Shown here: positions 19,751 to 27,218 of the stretch, piece after piece
Numbering within the stretch: the stretch's first letter is position 1
Layout of the letters: every line of letters begins with the position of its first letter
NCBI GenBank assembly: GCA_964438445.1
Contig: CAYTLV010000001.1
Span: 22,763 to 63,539 of the forward strand
Length of the DNA: 40,777 nt
From: an uncultured bacterium
GTDB taxonomy: Bacteria > Fidelibacterota > Fidelibacteria > Fidelibacterales > Fidelibacteraceae
Direction: 5' to 3'
Notes under the pieces: model-generated
What the model saw: the letters and a program-made list of their open reading frames with translations, nothing else
Database searches by the model: none
What the model was told of the DNA's origin: nothing
Position numbers and translations under genes: made by a program

Positions 19751-19879
19751 GTCGCAAAATGAAAAACATTTTGCGACGATGTGTCACCCGAAATGATTGT
19801 AGAGACGCAGCATGCTGCGTCTTTACAGGCTCATTTTTAGAAAGTCGCAGAGCAATTTATAAATAAATTGCTCTGCGAC
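19751..19879. repeat. cluster of three long palindromic hairpins (REP/BIME-like)
   Basis: 19751-19777 GTCGCAAAATG-AAAAA-CATTTTGCGAC (11 bp). 19798-19827 TGTAGAGACGCAGCA/TGCTGCGTCTTTACA (30-nt palindrome with 1 mismatch and a perfect 20-nt core). 19844-19879 GTCGCAGAGCAATTTAT-AA-ATAAATTGCTCTGCGAC (17 bp, perfect). Confidence 0.8.
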
Positions 19880-19898
19880 TGTACTTTATACTTGAAAT

Positions 19899-19933
19899 AA
19901 AAAAACCCTCCGCCTGCTGGCAGAGGGTTTTTT
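19899..19933 (-). terminator. rho-independent (bidirectional-looking) terminator after the 965-aa gene
   Basis: Minus strand reads AAAAAACCCTCTGCC-AGCA-GGCGGAGGGTTTTTTT, 20 nt after the stop at 19953. Confidence 0.75.
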
Positions 19934-19952
19934 ATTTATGATGTAAATCTGA

Positions 19953-22850
19953 CTATTTAAGCAGAGACATCTTCTTAACAGCGGTGAAATCACCTGAAGT
20001 CATGCGGTAGAAATAAACACCACTTGACAATGCCGAAGCATCAAATCTTAGGTCATAAGAACCAGCTGACATATTTGTATTGGCAAGAGTCCGTACATGA
20101 CGTCCGGTGATATCAAAGATATCAATCATTGTCATACCAGCTTCTTCCAATTCAAAATGGATAGTTGTAACCGGGTTGAAAGGGTTAGGATAGTTCTGTG
20201 CCAGCGCATATTCGGCCGGTACGATCTCATCCGTAGCCGTTATATCAATATCGGTATCAAAGTATCCGCGGATCATCGGGTTGCATAGTAAGTAAGAAGC
20301 AATAGATGTCCATCCACCACCCGGTACCTGCATTGTTGCTTTACCTGAATAACCGTCTGTATCGGCACCTAACCATGCGGGATCATCACCCGGGGTAGCG
20401 CCTTTAACTCCAATCCATACACTTTCGCCTTCTTCAAGAACAATACCGCTGCCAGTTACAGTCAGTCCGTCAATGGGAAGGAAAGTGTTCCAGCCGTAAA
20501 TGGCTGTTACCGGAGTTTCGATCCTCAACCATGTGTCACCGGGCATACCTGCGTCATCTATAAAGATCTTAACTTTATAGACATCGCCTGCCCACAAAGC
20601 AGCAAAGCGTAATGCTTCAAGTTTTGCCGGGTAAGTTGAAGGTGTAATCTTTACAACAACCATGGTATCCAGAGCAAGATCGAAATGAGTTTCTGCTTCA
20701 CCATCATCATATTTAGCTTCTTCAACATCTGAAGGTGTTACAAAGATCGATGAGCCATCGCTCAAGAGACTTTCATAATCACCGGCAACTGCCGTCACAT
20801 AGTATTCATATTCAACAAGTGCTTCTGTGCTTGTATCAACAACTGTCATTGCACTAATATCTTCTGCAATTAAATCATATGTTGATTCAGTGGTTACACG
20901 ACGGTAAACATTATAGTTTAATCCACTATACGTAATATCGCCATAGGAACCGGTTGCACCAACGGGTGTTGCATAAGAGGTACCATACATAGCACCGCCC
21001 CATAACAACATGGTTCCACCAGCAGCCCCTGTATTCATAAACATTATAGGGGTTTTCGCTGCGCTTTCCCAATACATCATCACCCAAAATGGACCTGCCC
21101 ATGAGATCTCTTTAGCACTGATGTCAATGCTTTGCATATATTTCACAGGAACAAATGAATCTGAAGCATACAGCATATGAACGCCACCTGTATCTAGCCC
21201 ATATAGTACAATACTGATACTATCTGCACTTATTGGATAGCTAGCAAAATCTAAGCTGGTGAACATCATTGAATCAGCACCCGTTGAGTATTCTTCACCC
21301 ACACCGGCGCCAACATATGTTTCGCTACTAAAGAATGTCCAGGCGGGACCGTAATAAGTACTGCAGTCATCAGTCGTTGTTGCTAGAAATGATCTCATTT
21401 GCTCAGTACTGTTATTTCTATCATTCCAAGTAAGGACAACATCATCACTTGTGTTCATTGCTGCTGCCATGCCCGTAGGAACAGGAAGATCAGCTGCAGT
21501 ATAAACGATAAAATCATCGATCATTAAACCATGTCCAAGCGGTTGATCATCATCAGAATGGAAATAGAAACGGAATTTAACTGTTTTGTTTGCAAACATC
21601 GTTAAATCACAGGCTTCTCCATATACCCATTGGAAATCATACCATGCGGGGATACAATGATTATATACATAATTTATGCCACCATCATCTGCTGACAGAC
21701 CTGTCGGATTTGAAATAGCATTCCAAGTTTCGCCATCATCAGGAGAAACTTCTAAGCGCCAATAATCAACAGCCGGGAAAACATCAAGATCTGCAAAATC
21801 TGCAAAAAATTCGAAATTGCAATAGATGCGTGTTTCCGGTTCACTTGGTAAAGTAATAGATGGAGATTCAAAATAATCTTCCAATCTAGTTACATACGTT
21901 GTATCAGTCATATCATATTCACGCAATACATGTGTATTTGAAGGTAATGAATCTGTTCTGTCCTCTACGGTCCAAAAAGAACCAATAAGGGGATTTAATG
22001 GGTACTGTACCAAGCCATCGCTTGTTGAACCGTTAAATACAGCATTTCCGGCTACATCTATTGAATCAATATACATACCTGTTAAATCAGCATCATCAAG
22101 ACCATCATAGCCACCGTCTGAAGCAAAAATAAAACGTACTATAACGGTATCACCCATATATTCTGCGAGGTTTACTTCGGCTTTTCCACCGAATTCACCA
22201 CCCCAGCCGGGTATACCTTCGCCCCAACCCCAAATATATCCAAATGAATATAAGCTGGTTGCGTTATAGGGTAAGCTATCGGGTTCCATAATTGTCCATG
22301 TGGCACCGCTGTCATTGGAGACCTGAACAAGTCCGCCATCCCAGCCGTCCCAACCTTCATCTTCACCACCGGGCCATTCACAAGCCATTGTCATATCAAA
22401 CGACAAAATGCTATCAGGACCAGCCATGACAACTTCGGGAACTTCCAGTGCTACCAGCCAATTGCTGATATAAATGGGATCACCGTATGAATCATACGTA
22501 CCACACCACCAGAGAGAATCTCCGGTTCCCATATCATCCAGGTGCCATTGTCCTAACGGATCATTCGATCCATCAAAATTTACCCATCCGGGGGCACCGT
22601 CTTCAAAGTCTTCAAAATAAACGACGGTAGCTTCATTGGTAGTATCAACAACAAGAAGCGGAGCTTTTGTTGAGTTGATATTTAATGAACGAACATTTGT
22701 GTCTTCAATAGGTGTTGGTGCAAATGTTGGTACAAATTGCGGCAACGCCTCTCTTGGACTACCTGCGTTTACCTTGAGATCACTTTGAGGAGCTACTGCT
22801 GCAAACAATGCAACACTAGCAATCAATAACAAAGCAACTACACGTTTCAT
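19953..22850 (-). CDS. large secreted protein with two jelly-roll/MAM-like modules carrying Asp-boxes, FN3-like regions and a T9SS type-A CTD
   Basis: Signal peptide MKRVVALLLIASVALFAA. N-terminal FEDFEDGAPGW. Asp-boxes SNDSGATW and SPDDGETW. Module ends VRFIFASDGG...YIDSIDV and FRFYFHSDDD...MIDDFIVY. CTD is YPNPFNPVTTIHF...SGVYFYRMTSG...KKMSLLK. AAGGAG SD. Confidence 0.8.
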   Translation of the reverse strand: MKRVVALLLIASVALFAAVAPQSDLKVNAGSPREALPQFVPTFAPTPIEDTNVRSLNINSTKAPLLVVDTTNEATVVYFEDFEDGAPGWVNFDGSNDPLGQWHLDDMGTGDSLWWCGTYDSYGDPIYISNWLVALEVPEVVMAGPDSILSFDMTMACEWPGGEDEGWDGWDGGLVQVSNDSGATWTIMEPDSLPYNATSLYSFGYIWGWGEGIPGWGGEFGGKAEVNLAEYMGDTVIVRFIFASDGGYDGLDDADLTGMYIDSIDVAGNAVFNGSTSDGLVQYPLNPLIGSFWTVEDRTDSLPSNTHVLREYDMTDTTYVTRLEDYFESPSITLPSEPETRIYCNFEFFADFADLDVFPAVDYWRLEVSPDDGETWNAISNPTGLSADDGGINYVYNHCIPAWYDFQWVYGEACDLTMFANKTVKFRFYFHSDDDQPLGHGLMIDDFIVYTAADLPVPTGMAAAMNTSDDVVLTWNDRNNSTEQMRSFLATTTDDCSTYYGPAWTFFSSETYVGAGVGEEYSTGADSMMFTSLDFASYPISADSISIVLYGLDTGGVHMLYASDSFVPVKYMQSIDISAKEISWAGPFWVMMYWESAAKTPIMFMNTGAAGGTMLLWGGAMYGTSYATPVGATGSYGDITYSGLNYNVYRRVTTESTYDLIAEDISAMTVVDTSTEALVEYEYYVTAVAGDYESLLSDGSSIFVTPSDVEEAKYDDGEAETHFDLALDTMVVVKITPSTYPAKLEALRFAALWAGDVYKVKIFIDDAGMPGDTWLRIETPVTAIYGWNTFLPIDGLTVTGSGIVLEEGESVWIGVKGATPGDDPAWLGADTDGYSGKATMQVPGGGWTSIASYLLCNPMIRGYFDTDIDITATDEIVPAEYALAQNYPNPFNPVTTIHFELEEAGMTMIDIFDITGRHVRTLANTNMSAGSYDLRFDASALSSGVYFYRMTSGDFTAVKKMSLLK

Positions 22851-22882
22851 GTGTGTTCTCCTTTCTCAAGTTTGTTTTCTAG

Positions 22883-23929
22883 TTATATTCCTAATTGAAT
22901 GCTTACTTGGTTTACGAGCCCTAAGACTCCATAATTTACTATAGCATAATCAATATTCAAAGGCATACTGTTAATATCAAGATTTAGTCCTACACCTGCC
23001 GAAAAAGTGGTTTCATCATAATTTAAATGATAACCGGCCCGAAATGCGAGCAATTCATTGTATACATATTCCAATCCGGTATTAAAACGAAGGAAATGAT
23101 CCAGCGGATCATTAGCGTCAAATGACAAACTAATGCGATGGTTTGGATTCTTGATGATCTCGCTGTTCGGACCCAAAATATCCACAAGAATTCCCATACG
23201 GAAAGTCAAGGGTAGTGACCATTCCTTAGTATTTAGCCTTGCTTCAGTTTCGGGATTGCCTTCATAAAGTGGATCCGTATCTACATCAATGTTCAGATCG
23301 GGACCATCAAATTTAAATTTTGTGCTAAAGTTGGTAATTGCCATTCCAAGTTTAATACCAAGAATACCTGTGTCAAACTGTGAGCCGATATCAAATCCAA
23401 AAGTATTTGCCGTTTCACGCCAAATTGTTTCATTGACAAATTTAGCCGTGCCACCTACACTCAGGCGATCCGTCAGCTTCCGGGCATATGATATACCAAT
23501 TGCAAGATCACTGACCGAAAAGAACTCTCCTGAACCCTCAGGGAAATCCAATGTTGTAACTTCCATCTCACCGGAATTTAAATACGTAACATGAACACCG
23601 AAATAGTCAGATCGACTAATTTGAGTTCCAAATGCAACATACCCATGTTGAATTCCGGCATATAGAGATGTGTAAGTCCCATAAAACGATTGTTGGCTTA
23701 TCTTTGCCAAACCTGCAGGATTCCAGAACAGGGCGGACATATCATCCACACCGGCCACATAAGCGCCACCGAGTGCGGCTGCCTTCGCGCCCACTTCCAG
23801 TTTTAGGAATTGACCGGCATGCGTTCCAACTTTGGAAATGTCCTCGGGAATATCAATTTCCTGAGCAAATCCAATTCCTGCAAACAGCAGTGCCAAACCT
23901 ATAATTAATGAACGCTTCATTTTAATCAT
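22883..23929 (-). CDS. PorV/PorQ-family outer-membrane beta-barrel protein (cassette B)
   Basis: Signal peptide, then GTHAGQFLKLEVGAKAAALGGAYVAGVDDMSALFWNPAGLA, which matches the PorV/PorQ N-terminal signature as I remember it. Alternating beta-strand pattern to the C-terminus. AAGGAG 7 nt upstream of ATG 23929. Confidence 0.72.
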   Translation of the reverse strand: MIKMKRSLIIGLALLFAGIGFAQEIDIPEDISKVGTHAGQFLKLEVGAKAAALGGAYVAGVDDMSALFWNPAGLAKISQQSFYGTYTSLYAGIQHGYVAFGTQISRSDYFGVHVTYLNSGEMEVTTLDFPEGSGEFFSVSDLAIGISYARKLTDRLSVGGTAKFVNETIWRETANTFGFDIGSQFDTGILGIKLGMAITNFSTKFKFDGPDLNIDVDTDPLYEGNPETEARLNTKEWSLPLTFRMGILVDILGPNSEIIKNPNHRISLSFDANDPLDHFLRFNTGLEYVYNELLAFRAGYHLNYDETTFSAGVGLNLDINSMPLNIDYAIVNYGVLGLVNQVSIQLGI

Positions 23930-23940
23930 CTGCGCTCTCC

Positions 23941-26900
23941 TTATCGAATAATGGCAAATTTGCCAATGTGTTTTCTACCATCAGGAAGCTCGACAGCGAA
24001 GACATAAAGTCCCGGCGCGATTTCCTGACGATTGATCGTTGTCAGGTCCCATGCTTCAGAATCATCATAGGGATTATTGTGCTCTACCATATTTACGAAT
24101 TCACCGGTTAAGGTAAATATCTTGATCGTACATTCTGTTGGAAGATTGGTAAACAAAAGCTTTTTGGTATACTGACTCTGTTCCCATTGTGCAGACACAA
24201 AATAGGGATTCGGAACTACTTTAATAGCTCCCAGATCATCTTCTGTTAAATTTACTTCCTCACTAAAATCAGCTGCTGTAAATCTAAATTCATCACCATC
24301 TTCAAAAGGTTTGTGTGTTCGGAAGTACAGGGTATCACCCGGAGTAAAGGGGTAACCTGTTGGAGCAAGCAATAAAGTATCCCATATAAATTCAAACGAC
24401 CATGTAGCCATGGGCATGGCTGCAGGATAGCCCGGCACGCCCGTTTCAAAAAAGATTATTTCATCTAAATAGTTGAGCGTATCGTCTTTTGATATTGCTT
24501 CTTCCTTGATCCAGATGGGAACTCTTTCGCCATCCGGTAAACGTATCGCTTTAAATGGGACAGGACCGGCAAAGGCAGGAATGGGAACATTCCAATAAGC
24601 CGTATCTAATATTTCATCCGCAGCCCCAAAAATAATTGCATAATCCGAGGCGGTCGGATAAGGCAAAGTGGAGCGGGGTTCTGTCGTGATATATTTTTGA
24701 CCGGATGCCCATGAAATTGAATCAACTGCTGCTTTTTCAATATTGTCAAATACAACCTGAAGACCATCAAATATTGGACGATAATTTGTGACAACATTGG
24801 GGTCAATATCATTGTTAGCCAATTCACTTACCAGTGTGTCATTCTCGGTCATATCGATCACGGTATATTTGGGAGCGTTAATTTTGGGACCCTTTATGGC
24901 AGGACTTGCAGAGATCGTGATTTTATATTCATGATCCGTTACATTTCCGGGTTCCGCTATTCTAATCAAGGTCTCGGTATTTCCAATAGTGCTGTCACCG
25001 GGAACAAGATTAATATGTGCTTTGATATCGATAGGATAGCGCGACGGCGTGATCCTTACAAATTGCGGAGAAAGAGGTGTCGTCCCTTTGGGATTTTCCA
25101 AGCTTTCCAGTGCATAGGTTGACCATTGATCATCCACATTGGTTGTTGACCAAGTGGTATCATATCTGATCACTTCGTAGACTATACCCGAAGAATCATC
25201 AATAACTTCTTCTGTCGATATTTCAATTGAATAACCAGGTTCAATACCAATATCAAAGGCCGTTACAGCGTAAGTATATTCTTTACCGATCTGAACATCT
25301 TCATCAAGATATTCATGTTGTAGACCGTTATCTGTTCCCAGGTTCATCCATGGCGCCACAGGATCAGGACCGGAAACACCACGGTTATATCGGGCCATAT
25401 CTTCATCAAATGTCAAATCATATTGGGCAAGAGGCTCAAAACCAACTTGTGTTTGATTTACATCTAACACCGGGTCACCCCAGTTCTGACCGCCATCAGT
25501 AGATTTATAAAGACGGTATCCTTCAAAATCCAAATAGCCGGTAACGATATCTTCAGAACTTTCAGCGGCATCATCCCAAACAATACGAACAGCCATTTCC
25601 TCTTTAACGGGATCCCATTCACTAACGGCAGAAACAGTAGGTGCCTGCGGTGCAGAAAAACCCTGATAGCGAAGATCGTACATGATCTGTGCCATATTTG
25701 CATTACGATTAAGATCCGGTACGTTTTCGCCCATGATCACAGCAAATGAGAACATAGCCGTATCGCCCACTGAAAAATCGAATGGACCTGCAGACATCAT
25801 ACAAACACAGTCAAGGCCATCGGGAAATTGTGTTCGAAGACCCTCCATACTATCATAATGCGGATTTAGTTTGCCGCCATTATCAGGATGGAAAAACCAT
25901 ACATCTTCTCTTTCTGTTAAACTGGTCGTATCACCAGCCATCAATTGATACATTAATTCTTCTTTTTTAGGAGATTCGGGTTGCGTACCGTTACCAATAA
26001 ACGGCCCGCCCGAACCTTCCTTATCTGTAACACCGGGTCTATTATACCAATCAAACCAATGCCAGTCTGTTAACCCTAGTTCTTCACCCGGAGCAATATA
26101 ATTTGTCTCATCTACCCATACTGTATCGCTTGCTTGTGGTGTATCAAGTAGTTTAACGGCAGCAAAGGCATCAACATCGAAACGGCCATCACATTCTTTT
26201 TGATCCAGATCGTAGATATAGGCATAATCATAGGTAGCATTATAACCCATCATATCACCATCATTGGTGTTACATGGCCTATATCCGCCGCCGTAATAAG
26301 CAGAAAACATATCTGCGTCAAAATAGAAACCACAGTATGCACCTTTATAATCAAAACCCGCACCATTATTTAAACCGTATTTATCACTTTCGTTCACCAC
26401 TTTCATGGTAACGAACATGATGTCTTCTGCATAAGCACGACCATAAGAATGAACGGTTGCGTAAACACGAGTTCCGGTTGGATACCCATTGTATGCTGAA
26501 ACAGGTTCACGATCGGCGAATTTATCATCAAATTCAAGATAAATATCTACATCAGATGTAAAACGTCCCTCAACTTCTTCACCGTAAGTGGGTGATGATG
26601 GATCGGTATCTACCGCGTACCATCCCGGCCAAAAACGTTCTTCTTCATCTTCATCATTTGTTCGGGTGGGCCAAGATTCGGGAGCAATAGACGTTGCCAA
26701 TAAAGGCCATGAATCATTTTCATCTGTCCATGTAGGTGCAGCATAATCGCCGGCTGTTATATCGCCGGAGAATGTTTTTCCCTTTGATCCCAAAACAACA
26801 TCCCAGTCTGTATTGATCTGGTTTCCCGTGCGGTCCAACCAAGATTCAGAAACTGTAGAACCCCAATAAATGGTGTCGGTTCTCGCAGGATCCGGATGCC

Positions 26901-27207
26901 GGCGATTAGCCCAAGGATAGGCATTTCCGTCTTTATCACTTCCGGGGACTCCGATCATGAAAGATACGTTTGCAAGGTACTGGTAATCACCCCATGCACC
27001 CGCAACATCATCTTGCCAATGATCAACAAAGTTCCCGTAGTTCAAGATTGCTGTTTTAAATTTTCCCTGATCGGCATAACTTTTAGCCCGTTCATAAAGG
27101 GGATTAGCAAATGTTTTTCCAAACTGCGAGCCATATTTATCTTCAAGCGGAATCGCAAGAAGTAAAACTGGTAGTAATAAACATCCTAAGCGTTGAATAT
27201 ATTTCAT
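23941..27207 (-). CDS. 1088-aa secreted protein of unrecognised family with FN3-like middle region and divergent T9SS-like CTD (cassette B)
   Basis: Sec-type N-terminus with no lipobox. Internal landmarks CVCMMSAGPFDFSVGDTAMFSFAVIMG, then VRIVWDD...FEGYRLYKS...YTYAVTAFD. C-terminus VVPNPYF + 13-aa insert + LLFTNLPTECTIKIFTLTGE...GLYVFAVE...GKFAIIR. AAGGAG SD. 11-nt gaps to both neighbours. Confidence 0.8.
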   Translation of the reverse strand: MKYIQRLGCLLLPVLLLAIPLEDKYGSQFGKTFANPLYERAKSYADQGKFKTAILNYGNFVDHWQDDVAGAWGDYQYLANVSFMIGVPGSDKDGNAYPWANRRHPDPARTDTIYWGSTVSESWLDRTGNQINTDWDVVLGSKGKTFSGDITAGDYAAPTWTDENDSWPLLATSIAPESWPTRTNDEDEEERFWPGWYAVDTDPSSPTYGEEVEGRFTSDVDIYLEFDDKFADREPVSAYNGYPTGTRVYATVHSYGRAYAEDIMFVTMKVVNESDKYGLNNGAGFDYKGAYCGFYFDADMFSAYYGGGYRPCNTNDGDMMGYNATYDYAYIYDLDQKECDGRFDVDAFAAVKLLDTPQASDTVWVDETNYIAPGEELGLTDWHWFDWYNRPGVTDKEGSGGPFIGNGTQPESPKKEELMYQLMAGDTTSLTEREDVWFFHPDNGGKLNPHYDSMEGLRTQFPDGLDCVCMMSAGPFDFSVGDTAMFSFAVIMGENVPDLNRNANMAQIMYDLRYQGFSAPQAPTVSAVSEWDPVKEEMAVRIVWDDAAESSEDIVTGYLDFEGYRLYKSTDGGQNWGDPVLDVNQTQVGFEPLAQYDLTFDEDMARYNRGVSGPDPVAPWMNLGTDNGLQHEYLDEDVQIGKEYTYAVTAFDIGIEPGYSIEISTEEVIDDSSGIVYEVIRYDTTWSTTNVDDQWSTYALESLENPKGTTPLSPQFVRITPSRYPIDIKAHINLVPGDSTIGNTETLIRIAEPGNVTDHEYKITISASPAIKGPKINAPKYTVIDMTENDTLVSELANNDIDPNVVTNYRPIFDGLQVVFDNIEKAAVDSISWASGQKYITTEPRSTLPYPTASDYAIIFGAADEILDTAYWNVPIPAFAGPVPFKAIRLPDGERVPIWIKEEAISKDDTLNYLDEIIFFETGVPGYPAAMPMATWSFEFIWDTLLLAPTGYPFTPGDTLYFRTHKPFEDGDEFRFTAADFSEEVNLTEDDLGAIKVVPNPYFVSAQWEQSQYTKKLLFTNLPTECTIKIFTLTGEFVNMVEHNNPYDDSEAWDLTTINRQEIAPGLYVFAVELPDGRKHIGKFAIIR

Positions 27208-27218
27208 TAATTAACTCC

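Noticed and set aside
24252-26939. Multiple 60-91-aa ORFs on both strands inside the 1088-aa gene, with analogous ones inside the other large genes (16736-19297, 20097-22381, 27467-30068, 30686-31406, 35028-37604, 37977-39388)
   Set aside because: All are nested in long, motif-supported frames. None has an SD or a recognisable motif.
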